From an uncultured Odoribacter sp. (GTDB lineage: Bacteria > Bacteroidota > Bacteroidia > Bacteroidales > Marinifilaceae), in the NCBI GenBank assembly GCA_934725835.1, contig CAKVCR010000001.1:4276-68275 (forward strand): a stretch of 64,000 nt of DNA, written 5' to 3'. Position 1 is the stretch's first letter; each line of letters begins with the position of its first letter. Position numbers and translations under genes: made by a program. The notes beneath the pieces were generated by a model. That model had not been told where the DNA came from. It saw only the letters and a list, made by a program, of their open reading frames with translations, and made no database searches. Below are positions 1 to 9,605 of this stretch, one piece after another.

Positions 1-669
1 GCTGTAGTTGTAGTACGGATTGCCGTTGTTGTAGACATACACGAAGTTCGTAGAGCTGCCAGCATACGGAGAACTGGTAGGTGTATCAAGCCAGTAAATC
101 ACTGTTTCTCCGTCAAGGTTCTTGCAACGTTCAGCTTCCGTCTGTAATCCATCGAAGAGAATATCATCCGCACCATTCAAATCATACTTGAATTCACTGT
201 CTTTTACATTCTTTCTTGATAACAGTGTCAGTTTACTTCTGCGAACCAGATTTCCGTCAGCGCAATGCTCCATTTCGCACATGATATTTACAAGGCTTTC
301 CGGCATCTTTGCTAAGTAAGCATCCAGATAATCATTCATGTTGGTCATACTAGACTCTCCAACCGCATCAATCGCCACAAAGTAAACCTTTTCATCTGAG
401 ATATGTTCTACACGGAACGCCACATCTTTTCCGTCAACCGGCACATACAGAATATCCTTTAAGTGCCAATCCTTATCGCAACCAGCAGAAAAAGTCTCTT
501 CAACAATATGTAATCTGCGAAAATTCTGTGCTGATGCCGTTGTCGAAACTTCCTCAACATCATCCGAAGATCCTGTATACGGAATTCCATCAAATCCAAC
601 CAGACAATCTTTTTCCTCTGAAAGTGTTACATACATTTTCCCTGTTTTCTTGTTTTTGAATAATTTCAT
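1..669 (-). CDS. hypothetical protein (partial; continues beyond left window edge)
   Basis: Minus-strand frame is open from ATG 667-669 to position 1 by hand translation (MKLFKNKKTGKMYVTLSEE...ETVIYWLDTPTSSPYAGSS...). GGAGAA lies 8 nt upstream. It is missing from the ORF track only because no stop lies in the window. Confidence 0.6.
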   Translation of the reverse strand, partial: MKLFKNKKTGKMYVTLSEEKDCLVGFDGIPYTGSSDDVEEVSTTASAQNFRRLHIVEETFSAGCDKDWHLKDILYVPVDGKDVAFRVEHISDEKVYFVAIDAVGESSMTNMNDYLDAYLAKMPESLVNIMCEMEHCADGNLVRRSKLTLLSRKNVKDSEFKYDLNGADDILFDGLQTEAERCKNLDGETVIYWLDTPTSSPYAGSSTNFVYVYNNGNPYYNYS

Positions 670-713
670 TGTGTATTCTCCTTTATTTTTGTTTGATTAT
701 AATTTATTTTTAC

Positions 714-742
714 GGTGTGGTAGGATTTACCTACCATACACC
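714..742 (-). terminator. GC-rich hairpin between two minus-strand genes (possible terminator or RNA end)
   Basis: Inverted repeat GGTGTGGTAGG-ATTTA-CCTACCATACACC just downstream of the stop of 755-1918. There is no clean U-run on the minus strand, so the call is weak. Confidence 0.35.
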
Positions 743-754
743 GCTCAAATCTTT

Positions 755-1918
755 TTAGCAAAATGGAAGTTCATTGTCTAAATCATCCATGAAATCGTCA
801 GTCAGTGGAGTTTTTGACTCTGTAGCCTGTTCGCCGGATTCATCAGATTCTTCCGTTTCTGTTTCTTCTGCCTCATCATTGTTGTCATTAAGTTTGAAGT
901 AATCTCTGAAATCTTTACTCATAACAGAAATTCTTCCCTCCACTTTTTCTTTCTTGATAGATCCAGTAGAACAATACTGTGCATAGGCACAATCCGGGTT
1001 ATATTTGTCTGCAAAGATCTCAAACCATTTGTAGAAATCTTCTGCTTTAATATCGTTGTTAATTGCTTCATCTGCCATATACATGAAAATCGGGATGTTT
1101 ACAACTTTCATGAATTTTTCTTTCTGGTCGAATCCATCTTCCAGATACTTGACAATTTTAAGAAGACGCTCACGCTTTTCATCTGTATAAGAATCATGCA
1201 AATCTTCCGCATATTTTGTTACCTGACCTTCTGAAATAGAAGTAAGTTCGTAATCTCCATCTTTTACATCTAACAGCATCATAGCCTGTAAAAGTGTCTT
1301 TTCGTCCGCTGCTCTACGATACTGAGCCGGGGTGAAATGACAAACATCTTCAAAGAACTTTCCGGCAAGAATCTCTTTAACAAATTTTGCCAGGTTCATA
1401 CCCAGTTTTACATTGGCAATCTGAGTTTTACTTAATCCAGATCCGTTATTCAGTCTAAAGAACATTTCCTCGATTTCTTCATCTGTACATTCTTCCAGGT
1501 TATAAATCGGGAAAACATAACCGTTAATCATCTGCTGAATTTCTTCCGGCAGCTCTGAGAATTTTAATCCAGCGATTTCATAAATTTCTCCATCAATTTC
1601 AACTTCCGGCGTTTCTGGATGCAGTGCGTACTCATCATTGATGAAATCAAATAAGCTGCGAAGTCTGTGCTGACCATCAATGCACGAATAGTTAGATACT
1701 GGTCTGTTCTTCTTATCTCTTGTGCCTTTATTCTCTTTCGTAAAATACAGTGGTGGAATAACAAACCCGATGAGCATTGAATGTGGCAGAAGACTCTTTT
1801 TGTAATCGTCCCACATTCCATATCTTCTCTGGATAGGACAATCGAAATCCAGGATTCCAGATTTCTCATACATTTTCTTTAACTGCATAACTGTGTAAGG
1901 GATTGTTGATTTTTTCAT
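755..1918 (-). CDS. DUF262 / ParB-like nuclease-superfamily protein (GmrSD N-terminal-like) with acidic C-terminal tail
   Basis: 387-aa ORF with GGAGG RBS. CPIQRRYGMW...IDGQHRLRSL matches the DGQQR-type signature of DUF262. The C-terminus is D/E-rich. Confidence 0.7.
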   Translation of the reverse strand: MKKSTIPYTVMQLKKMYEKSGILDFDCPIQRRYGMWDDYKKSLLPHSMLIGFVIPPLYFTKENKGTRDKKNRPVSNYSCIDGQHRLRSLFDFINDEYALHPETPEVEIDGEIYEIAGLKFSELPEEIQQMINGYVFPIYNLEECTDEEIEEMFFRLNNGSGLSKTQIANVKLGMNLAKFVKEILAGKFFEDVCHFTPAQYRRAADEKTLLQAMMLLDVKDGDYELTSISEGQVTKYAEDLHDSYTDEKRERLLKIVKYLEDGFDQKEKFMKVVNIPIFMYMADEAINNDIKAEDFYKWFEIFADKYNPDCAYAQYCSTGSIKKEKVEGRISVMSKDFRDYFKLNDNNDEAEETETEESDESGEQATESKTPLTDDFMDDLDNELPFC

Positions 1919-1966
1919 TTTTAATACCTCCGTGAATTTTTATTAGTTGTGTTTTTCTTTATATAT

Positions 1967-1995
1967 AAGATACCATATTTTTATTATCATGTCAA
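1967..1995 (-). promoter_or_regulatory. sigma-A-type promoter for 755-1918
   Basis: Minus-strand TTGACA (1990-1995), 17-nt spacer, TATCTT (1967-1972). TATAAACAAACCAAAATAAA box immediately upstream. Leader contains AACACAACTAATAAAA. Confidence 0.6.
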
Positions 1996-2012
1996 CGTTT
2001 ATTTTGGTTTGT

Positions 2013-2429
2013 TTATAAGTTTTTTGCAAGGCATCTTCCCCAATATGGATCAAGTATTTCTTCAAACCCTAATCTAGTAGTGAGAAAATGTCTATATACT
2101 TTTTGTCTTCTTGCATCTGAACCATATACAATGATTCTATCATTTTCATACATATGTGTTCCTATAAATTCACGAACCATTTTAAAAGCCCACAATAATC
2201 CCTCAACACCACATTTCCCAGTTGTTGTCATATCTAAATCGCCGTAACCTTCACTATTGAGCCACTGCCTTAACACTTTCTTTTTGTTGGCAATGGCAAA
2301 AGCAACCGCATAATCATATCCACTTCCTATTTCATGTCTATAGTTCTTGTCAAAGCAGATTACCGCCGATTGCCCATTAGATAGTTTTGTGTATTCTATC
2401 CATCGCATATTTTCTCTATCATATGTCAA
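2013..2429 (-). CDS. hypothetical protein
   Basis: 138-aa ORF whose TTG start overlaps the TGA stop of the HNH gene (TTGA). An alternative ATG lies 7 codons downstream. Confidence 0.6.
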   Translation of the reverse strand: MTYDRENMRWIEYTKLSNGQSAVICFDKNYRHEIGSGYDYAVAFAIANKKKVLRQWLNSEGYGDLDMTTTGKCGVEGLLWAFKMVREFIGTHMYENDRIIVYGSDARRQKVYRHFLTTRLGFEEILDPYWGRCLAKNL

Positions 2430-2836
2430 ACCAATTTATTCCCCTTTTGCACGTTGCATTTTCTGCACATTGTCTGGTAATTTTCAAGCGTATTCTTGCC
2501 ACCTTTGGAAACGGGGATGATATGATCTTTTGTCATCATCACTTCTTCTCCATTTTGATCTACTGCATACAGATTCAAATGATATCTTCTTGCGTTCGGG
2601 TTTTTCTCTTTTGCAAAATATCTACCTTCGATTCCACACCGGCAACACTTAATTCCCTTTGTGAAAAACGTCTGATATCTCTGACTATTTGCTTTAATCA
2701 TATCTCCATCCATATCAACGAATGTCTTTTTCTCTTCAAAGAGTCCGTCTTTTACGGCGTTATACACTTCATCAATGGAATATATTTCTTTCCTTATATA
2801 TGGTTGTTTCTTTACGATACTTTTTGATCTCCCCAT
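2426..2836 (-). CDS. HNH endonuclease
   Basis: DHIIPVSKGGKNTLENYQTMCRKCNVQKGNK is a classic HNH core, with an upstream CCRCG zinc knuckle. Confidence 0.85.
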   Translation of the reverse strand: MGRSKSIVKKQPYIRKEIYSIDEVYNAVKDGLFEEKKTFVDMDGDMIKANSQRYQTFFTKGIKCCRCGIEGRYFAKEKNPNARRYHLNLYAVDQNGEEVMMTKDHIIPVSKGGKNTLENYQTMCRKCNVQKGNKLV

Positions 2837-5775
2837 CTTATCACATAACCTTCTTCCGTTTTTTCTTTGTACATGAGGTTCTGCAGCATATTACTATCCA
2901 CTCCAAAACGTTCATATAATTCATCGTCTGTTAAATCCTGATCCTTCATAAACAGATTCAATTTGTCTTTTACAAGAATCATTTTTAACAGATTGCTTTC
3001 AATGCTATTCTCATAAGTTACAAAATACACTTGCTTAAATTCCGTTGAAGTGTAGCGAATGAAGCGGAAATAATACTGACTCATGCTAGAGTTATTCCAG
3101 TGTAATTCTGGAATAATGCACTTATTCACAAAATCAATATTCATACTGGCAGATAAGCTCTGCTGTGTACTTATCAAAATTCCATTTGTTGTTGCTTTCA
3201 GTTCTTTGACAATTTTCTTTCTCTGCTTCAAAGTGGTTTCATTTCCAGTAATCACAAATACAGGTCTGCCCGGAAATGCTTTTCTGATTTCCTTTGCATA
3301 TGTATTTACTACTGAAATATGACGCACACCAATAGCAACTCTTTCATCAGAAAATTCATCTAAAAGTGATAATACAGTTTTGAATTTCTCCGGCATTACT
3401 GACTGATCGTATTCTCTCAATGTCTGAGGCGCAGCGCAAATCTTCAAAAGTGCAAGCAACTGATTCAGAATTTTCAACATTGCATCTTTCCGACTGTTTC
3501 CAGTTTTCGCAAACAGATATTCCATTTTATAGAACTCATCCAGGGCAACCTTATACAGTCGTTTCTCTTCTTCTCCCATTTCACAAGCAATCTGTTTGAT
3601 TTCATAAAGCTGCTTTCCAGTGATTTCTTCAAATGTACGTGTGATGATTGTCTTATCAATCATTTGTTTTAAAACGTCCGCATTAAGGACATCTTGTGTA
3701 AACTGAGACACGCCGAATACCGTTATTTTTTCTGGAATGTGGCTCGCTGCAAATAACTTGCTTCCATTGCGATATGCCGGATATGGTCGTAAATAGTATT
3801 CATTTATCTGGTCTTCCAATTCTCCATCCTTGTTACGTTCCATAATATACTCACATTCAGACAGCATATTGATAGAGTTGTTATACAGCAATTCAAACTG
3901 AGGATAGATTTCAGTGATATTATTTCTTGTGCTTGTACCCGTCATCAGTGCTTTGTACTTCAACCGGCGAAAAGCATTTAATACGGCTTTTGTCCGTTTG
4001 CTGTCCTGATTGCTCATATTATCCGACTCATCAAAAATTAAAACGGCTTTCTGACAGATTGATTTCACATATCGCTTGATGAATTTATGATATTTACACA
4101 TCATATTTAAAGTGATAATTACAAACTGACCTTCTTTGATATTTTGAATATCTGCAAGGCTTTCAATCATAACAAAATCAATACCGTACTGATCCAATAC
4201 ATCCTGCCAGTTGTTCTTTATTGAGATTGCCGTACTCACAATAAATACATTTTTCACATGATCGTGCTGCAAACGATATTTACCTATTGCAATTCCAGCG
4301 AATGTCTTACCACTTCCCTGTTCCCACTGTATGAAGATATACGGTTTCTGAATAAATAGATTCAGATCCGCTTTCTGAGCATCATTCAGCTTTATAGTTC
4401 TTTCATCATCCGTCAATGTGAACTCATCAAGCCACTTTGCTATTTTTTTGTTTGGCTGCATTTCAGAAAATGGCATATTTTGGATATCATACATCTTTCG
4501 CTTTTTATTCACGATCTTATCAATCCATTTTGCCTGGAAATGTCCCATTGAAAAACCTTGTAGTACAGCATCATTGATTGATATATAATCGCCATTGTAT
4601 TCAAATGTATAATTGTTCTTAATGATTCTGCCAGCCTTATCAAGTGCCGGGTTCTGTGAACGTAACGCAGTTTTCAAATGTTTAATAACATCTTTCGGCT
4701 TGATTTTAAGCTGTTCCCATTCATCCCATTTGATATAATCTGGCTTTTTCTGTGTCTTATATCTATTGACATACTCACAACATTCCGCATACTGGCTGCA
4801 TGTTTTCGGATTCCGCTTGATATCACACAAAAGTTTCTCAACCTTAAAGCTCCACGCTTCATCGTCTTTACTATTTCTTACAGTTTCCAGAAAAATCTTG
4901 TTTTTAATCTGTTCTCTTTCTTCTGTAATAGGCTTTAAATATCGTTCCCACACCTCATCGGAAGTAATGCCGGAAAGTATCTCTGTACTATACGGAACTT
5001 CTTTCGTATATTCAGATTTTTTCTGAAAGAATACAATTTTGGTTTTGTAATTCTCAACGCCTAGATGTTTGAAAGTATTCTTGTCAAGTTCCACCTGGCA
5101 GATAAAATTAAAATGTTCATTCATTCCGTCAATCATACCACCATCAGAGAAATCATCGGCACAAAACGACATAGGTACGATAATAGCCATAATTCCGGCT
5201 GGTTTTAACAGTTCCGCAGCTTTCAGACAATAATAATATTCTGATAAATAGCTGATATCATCTTTTCTCCATCTCAGATTATACGGTGGATTTCCCAAAA
5301 CATAATCAAATGTAACTTTCGGCTCATAAAAACGAATATCTGTATTTTCCAGTTTTGCATCTGGATAAAGATATTTTGCTACTCTGTACGGCTTCCCATC
5401 CAATTCACAACCGTAGAAATTCGATTCAACCGGCGCACAACTGATAAATGAACCATGTCCGCAAGTAAGATCTGCTACTAAATCAGTATTTGAAATATGC
5501 AAACAATTATAAATCCATTCAACCAGCTTATAAGGTGTAAAGAACTGCCCTTGCTCAATGTCGGCTTTCGCTCTCTGGTAATCATAGTAACTATCATAGT
5601 TAGCAAACTCTAAACCATGAAGCCCACCTAATCCAGTATACGCATTGAAAATATCATCTTTTGAAATACCTGTTTCCGCTTCTGGCAGATCATTATTCAC
5701 AATATATTCAATTTTTGTGTTGATATCTTCCCTCATTTCCTGTGGGATTACTTCATTTGTACATTTATACTTCAT
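2812..5775 (-). CDS. N6-adenine DNA methyltransferase fused to SNF2-family helicase
   Basis: N-terminal part has GQFFTP, motif I DLTCGHGSF and motif IV GNPPYN. C-terminal part has Walker A QGSGKTF, motif II FDESD, MTGTSTRNN and a helicase-C-like region. ATG at 5775 follows GGAG; the track start at 5796 is a TTG. Confidence 0.85.
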   Translation of the reverse strand: MKYKCTNEVIPQEMREDINTKIEYIVNNDLPEAETGISKDDIFNAYTGLGGLHGLEFANYDSYYDYQRAKADIEQGQFFTPYKLVEWIYNCLHISNTDLVADLTCGHGSFISCAPVESNFYGCELDGKPYRVAKYLYPDAKLENTDIRFYEPKVTFDYVLGNPPYNLRWRKDDISYLSEYYYCLKAAELLKPAGIMAIIVPMSFCADDFSDGGMIDGMNEHFNFICQVELDKNTFKHLGVENYKTKIVFFQKKSEYTKEVPYSTEILSGITSDEVWERYLKPITEEREQIKNKIFLETVRNSKDDEAWSFKVEKLLCDIKRNPKTCSQYAECCEYVNRYKTQKKPDYIKWDEWEQLKIKPKDVIKHLKTALRSQNPALDKAGRIIKNNYTFEYNGDYISINDAVLQGFSMGHFQAKWIDKIVNKKRKMYDIQNMPFSEMQPNKKIAKWLDEFTLTDDERTIKLNDAQKADLNLFIQKPYIFIQWEQGSGKTFAGIAIGKYRLQHDHVKNVFIVSTAISIKNNWQDVLDQYGIDFVMIESLADIQNIKEGQFVIITLNMMCKYHKFIKRYVKSICQKAVLIFDESDNMSNQDSKRTKAVLNAFRRLKYKALMTGTSTRNNITEIYPQFELLYNNSINMLSECEYIMERNKDGELEDQINEYYLRPYPAYRNGSKLFAASHIPEKITVFGVSQFTQDVLNADVLKQMIDKTIITRTFEEITGKQLYEIKQIACEMGEEEKRLYKVALDEFYKMEYLFAKTGNSRKDAMLKILNQLLALLKICAAPQTLREYDQSVMPEKFKTVLSLLDEFSDERVAIGVRHISVVNTYAKEIRKAFPGRPVFVITGNETTLKQRKKIVKELKATTNGILISTQQSLSASMNIDFVNKCIIPELHWNNSSMSQYYFRFIRYTSTEFKQVYFVTYENSIESNLLKMILVKDKLNLFMKDQDLTDDELYERFGVDSNMLQNLMYKEKTEEGYVIRWGDQKVS

Positions 5776-5971
5776 GACTTGTATATCTCCATTCAATTAC
5801 ACTTGTTATCGTGCTACCATACCGGCAAAATGTAAAACCTTCATCTGCTGTATATGTATATAATGCTTTTACTTCTACGATTTCATCATAGCAATTCTTG
5901 ATTTTAACATCATAAATTCCACATTTATCCGGCAGCATTTCACTGACCTTATGCCATTTATAATCGTGCAT
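5765..5971 (-). CDS. small protein, DUF551-like
   Basis: Internal ATG at 5971 is preceded by AGGAGGG. MHDYKWHKVSEMLPDKCG resembles the W-x-V-x-LP start of DUF551. The 123-aa track ORF overlaps the upstream gene and is probably too long. Confidence 0.55.
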   Translation of the reverse strand: MHDYKWHKVSEMLPDKCGIYDVKIKNCYDEIVEVKALYTYTADEGFTFCRYGSTITSVIEWRYTSHEV

Positions 5972-5981
5972 ATTATCCCTC

Positions 5982-6848
5982 CTAAATAAGTGTATAACCA
6001 CACCATTCTCTTGCGAATTTACGGCAAAATTCTGCATCCGTAAAAGTAACATCAATCCTTCCATTCTTGAAGAGTTTGATATGCTTGACTCCAACCTCTG
6101 GTGCTGAAAATCCATTCTGAAAATCATCCTCTTCAAGCCTTATAGAATAAGAACTATATAGATGATTCAGTGAATAAACTTGTGTTTTTTCTCCATATGT
6201 ATTAAATGCCAATGCATCAATAAAAGCACGTAACCATTCTGTGCTACCAAAATTGTAATAATCAAAATATTTTTCTTTGCTACAATAACCGCCTGTATAT
6301 GTGAATTTATTACCTTTTACCTTAATCTCCCATGTATCACGATAGCTGTTGTAACATTTTCCTTTCAGTTTGTCTTTTACTTCTTTGATAGCCTTTTCTT
6401 TGAAGCTCATACCGCCTAACTGGTCAAAAATTTTATCAAGCACTGTATGATAGTCGATGAAGTCAACAACAAGCTCTTTGATAGAATCTGAGTCATTGTA
6501 TCTGTAATATTCTCTATCCAGATCATATCTATCAAAATTGTTTTCAAGCTGCACATTATACTTATTTGAAAAGTAACTGAAAATACCACTTATATAACTA
6601 TTTTGAACATCAGAAAGCGATTTTGGGACACCAAAATTCCCGACTAAAAAAGAAGAATACTTGTAATCTTTACGGTCTTCTTCTGAATATGATTCATTTT
6701 CTGCCTTATAGATATCATAAACAGACTTATAAACTGCAATCGCCCGTTTATATAATTCCTCTCTGTGAGTCAACCAGGCTTGATCTTCCTGGCTGATTCT
6801 ATCAGATTTCTTAATTTGAAAGTTTCCGAATTTATCTGCAATTCCCAT
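5982..6848 (-). CDS. hypothetical protein
   Basis: ORF 5982-6863. GGAGGG sits inside the first codons, so ATG 6848 (MGIADKF) is the likely start. Confidence 0.7.
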   Translation of the reverse strand: MGIADKFGNFQIKKSDRISQEDQAWLTHREELYKRAIAVYKSVYDIYKAENESYSEEDRKDYKYSSFLVGNFGVPKSLSDVQNSYISGIFSYFSNKYNVQLENNFDRYDLDREYYRYNDSDSIKELVVDFIDYHTVLDKIFDQLGGMSFKEKAIKEVKDKLKGKCYNSYRDTWEIKVKGNKFTYTGGYCSKEKYFDYYNFGSTEWLRAFIDALAFNTYGEKTQVYSLNHLYSSYSIRLEEDDFQNGFSAPEVGVKHIKLFKNGRIDVTFTDAEFCRKFAREWCGYTLI

Positions 6849-6867
6849 TTTGTAACCCTCCATTTAT

Positions 6868-7950
6868 TTACGCTTGTTTTAAGTATGGACTAATACCATA
6901 ACAGCTTGTAATCTCATCAATTCTACTGTTTATGGTATCAATATCCATTTTCTTAAAAAGTTCTTTCATTTCCTTAATTGCTTCTGTCTTGTTCTTGCCG
7001 GTTGCTATTCGTAAACCACATTTTACAGATGAAATAGCAATTTTACCGTCTGGTGCTTCATGAATAAACATTTCAACACCATGATTTTCTATTTTGCTGC
7101 CCATTGCCGGTACATATTCCTTTTTCCCTTTTTCTGTACCCATAAGCACATAAAACTTCTCTTTCTCCGTTTCCGGCTGTTTTTCTGGCTTCTTACGTGT
7201 TTTATATTCAACTGCACCTTGATAATCATTTTTCTGCACACTATCCAAAAATGTCATTGTATCTCTATTTGTGCTTGGCAGCTTCAAGCCTGTTACACAC
7301 TGAAATACTTTTCGACTTGCTCTATTATCTGTATGTAAACGTGCTTTTAACTCTTCCCGGCATAATGCTTTTTCAATATTATCAATACAAGCCAATAATT
7401 CAAAAGCTCTTAAAGGAAAACGAAATTCGCCGTATACATCAAGATAAATGCGTTCAACTAAATTTCCTCTAGTTGTACCGCTATACATTTTTGAAGCATT
7501 TACAAGCCAGATTTTAAACTCTTCTTTTTCAGCTTCGGCTCTCTCTGCTTCTTTTCTGGCGGTTTCTTCCGCTTTTCTCTGTTCTTCTGCAGCTCTTTCT
7601 TTTTTCTGGTTTTCTGCTTCAATAAAAGCATTTACAGATTCCTCAGAAACAAGATCATGCTCAATCAGATAGAGACAAAAATCATATTCTGTTTTTGTGA
7701 TATCATTATAGAGATTATCCCACGCCATACGATACGATTTTTTAATAGTTCCGTTTCCTCTTACTTCATCGGCAACTTCCGGCTTTTTGCCATTTCTCAG
7801 ACCATAAAGCATAGCATCTTTTCTTGTCATAATACCATTACTGTATCTAAATACTTTATCCAAGCAGCTCTCAATCTTTGCTTTCTGTAAAGCTGTCTTA
7901 TTATCTGTAAACCCTAAATATGATCCATTGTTTTCTAACTGATTTTTCAT
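6868..7950 (-). CDS. hypothetical protein with central charged coiled-coil
   Basis: 360-aa ORF with GGGAGG RBS. Contains the EAENQKKERAAEEQRKAEETARKEAERAEAEKEE segment. Confidence 0.75.
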   Translation of the reverse strand: MKNQLENNGSYLGFTDNKTALQKAKIESCLDKVFRYSNGIMTRKDAMLYGLRNGKKPEVADEVRGNGTIKKSYRMAWDNLYNDITKTEYDFCLYLIEHDLVSEESVNAFIEAENQKKERAAEEQRKAEETARKEAERAEAEKEEFKIWLVNASKMYSGTTRGNLVERIYLDVYGEFRFPLRAFELLACIDNIEKALCREELKARLHTDNRASRKVFQCVTGLKLPSTNRDTMTFLDSVQKNDYQGAVEYKTRKKPEKQPETEKEKFYVLMGTEKGKKEYVPAMGSKIENHGVEMFIHEAPDGKIAISSVKCGLRIATGKNKTEAIKEMKELFKKMDIDTINSRIDEITSCYGISPYLKQA

Positions 7951-7980
7951 GTGTTTGTTCCTCCCTTAACTTATAATCAT

Positions 7981-8009
7981 ATTATACATTATAAGTTGTG
8001 TAATGTCAA
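7981..8009 (-). promoter_or_regulatory. sigma-A-type early promoter
   Basis: TTGACA (8004-8009), 17-nt spacer, TATAAT (7981-7986) on the minus strand. Confidence 0.7.
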
Positions 8010-8016
8010 TCTTTAT

Positions 8017-8181
8017 TTACGTTTGTTTATAGCTTTCTGCATACTTCTCTGGGCGTGTTGTTCTGTCAAATCCAAAATATACACCAATTCCAGGAACTCT
8101 ATTCAAAGTCTTTTTCTGTTCTTCGGTTAATTCGATATAACCAACGACTTTGTGATCTTTCCAAATTGCACATTTTTCCAT
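8017..8181 (-). CDS. small hypothetical protein (54 aa)
   Basis: Hand-translated MEKCAIWKDHKVVGYIELTEEQKKTLNRVPGIGVYFGFDRTTRPEKYAESYKQT with AGGAGGACGAAC RBS. It falls below the ORF-track size cutoff. Confidence 0.6.
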   Translation of the reverse strand: MEKCAIWKDHKVVGYIELTEEQKKTLNRVPGIGVYFGFDRTTRPEKYAESYKQT

Positions 8182-8207
8182 AGTCTGTTCGTCCTCCTAC
8201 TTAATTA

Positions 8208-8792
8208 TCACACAAAGGCTTTATTTTTACATCTTGATTGATAACTGATCCCCCAGTTAATACAATCTAAATTGAAAAGAATCCAGCTTTCACAATCGTA
8301 TGAATAGAAATTACATAATTCGCTACCATCCTCACACTTCAATATGTTAGATAGTGGTAATCGCATTTCCCAAAATGCCCGTTCTGTCAAATGAAAAGCA
8401 TCATAATCTTTCGCCAACTTTTTCCAATCAATTACTTTTTCTTTAAACAAACTGCTATACTCACTATTTTCATATTTAAGTTTTGCATATTTTCGCATCA
8501 ACCTATGATAATCTTCTACTGTGTCAATCGTGCAAATTTTGGCTTTTCTGCTCAGTTTAAAGCTGACCGCCATGCTACTATACTTACCAAGCATAAATTC
8601 TTCTCTTGCTACCCATCTTAACCAATCAGACGGATATTCTTCATTGTGAAGTAAAGTAGAACCCCACAAACAACCGGCTGGCTTATTGATACATGATAAT
8701 CTATCAGCTATATGTGAACCATATGCTTCTGGATCATCAAATAATTCTCTGCATATCTCAGATCTACCGGCAACTAAAATTCTTGCCGACAT
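8208..8792 (-). CDS. hypothetical protein
   Basis: 194-aa ORF with GGAGG RBS. Confidence 0.75.
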   Translation of the reverse strand: MSARILVAGRSEICRELFDDPEAYGSHIADRLSCINKPAGCLWGSTLLHNEEYPSDWLRWVAREEFMLGKYSSMAVSFKLSRKAKICTIDTVEDYHRLMRKYAKLKYENSEYSSLFKEKVIDWKKLAKDYDAFHLTERAFWEMRLPLSNILKCEDGSELCNFYSYDCESWILFNLDCINWGISYQSRCKNKAFV

Positions 8793-8803
8793 TGAAAATC
8801 CTC

Positions 8804-8992
8804 CTACTGAATACGTTTTAACATCATACCGTTATCAGAAGATCTCAATGCCTGACCAACTTCTAACGCTGCCATATATGATCGTGTAAAAATACCTTTA
8901 CACTTTTCATAGTCCATCGGATTTCCTTCTAAATCTATTAACTGAAATAACTTCCCTGTACTTGTTTTATGAATGCTCTTGTCTTTTTCCAT
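8804..8992 (-). CDS. hypothetical protein
   Basis: 62-aa ORF with AAGGAG RBS. Confidence 0.65.
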   Translation of the reverse strand: MEKDKSIHKTSTGKLFQLIDLEGNPMDYEKCKGIFTRSYMAALEVGQALRSSDNGMMLKRIQ

Positions 8993-9005
8993 TTTTCAAT
9001 CTCCT

Positions 9006-9539
9006 TTAGTAATTTATTTCTTTCAGATATTCTTTTTCAGAATATATAGTTGTTGCATATCTTTCTGAATCTGTAACAATAAATATTTTTCCTAATATGG
9101 TTTGATAAATCCCACGGACACGATCATAGCCATTTTCTACCGCATCATCGTTTATTTTCGAGTCCAAACGGTCTACCATACCCCAATCTAAATTATAGTA
9201 CCTGTCAAGTGCTTGTTTTATCTGTCTATCAAATATCTGGTTACGCTCTAAGCAATAACCAATATATTCACTATATTTAACCGGCACTCTTTCCAAGTCA
9301 TACATTGCATCAAATAAAGCATGATCCATTATAAAAATCCCTAAAACGGCAATAGCCATAATAAAAAACGCTATATGTATTATCTTTAAATCATAATCTC
9401 CCGGAACGGCTTGCCCCACTAATGTATAATTGTCTGAAATACCAGCAGCGATAAAAGTTAATATACCGCCTATAATGCCACTTACTACAGTGATTGTTTT
9501 TGTTGTGTCATATAAAACCCTTGCTGTTCTTGCTGTCAT
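9006..9539 (-). CDS. membrane protein (two predicted TM segments)
   Basis: 177-aa ORF. Hydrophobic stretches ITVVSGIIGGILTFIAAGI and IAFFIMAIAVLGIFIM. RBS is weak. Confidence 0.65.
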   Translation of the reverse strand: MTARTARVLYDTTKTITVVSGIIGGILTFIAAGISDNYTLVGQAVPGDYDLKIIHIAFFIMAIAVLGIFIMDHALFDAMYDLERVPVKYSEYIGYCLERNQIFDRQIKQALDRYYNLDWGMVDRLDSKINDDAVENGYDRVRGIYQTILGKIFIVTDSERYATTIYSEKEYLKEINY

Positions 9540-9605
9540 CTCTCTATATAAAGAGTGGGTGTTGTCCCCACTCTTTTATCTTCCTTTCATTTATTATAGT
9601 TTGTT

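Noticed and set aside
1564-1869. 101-aa same-strand alternative-frame ORF inside the DUF262 gene
   Set aside because: It is nested in a gene with a clear domain signature and has no RBS of its own.
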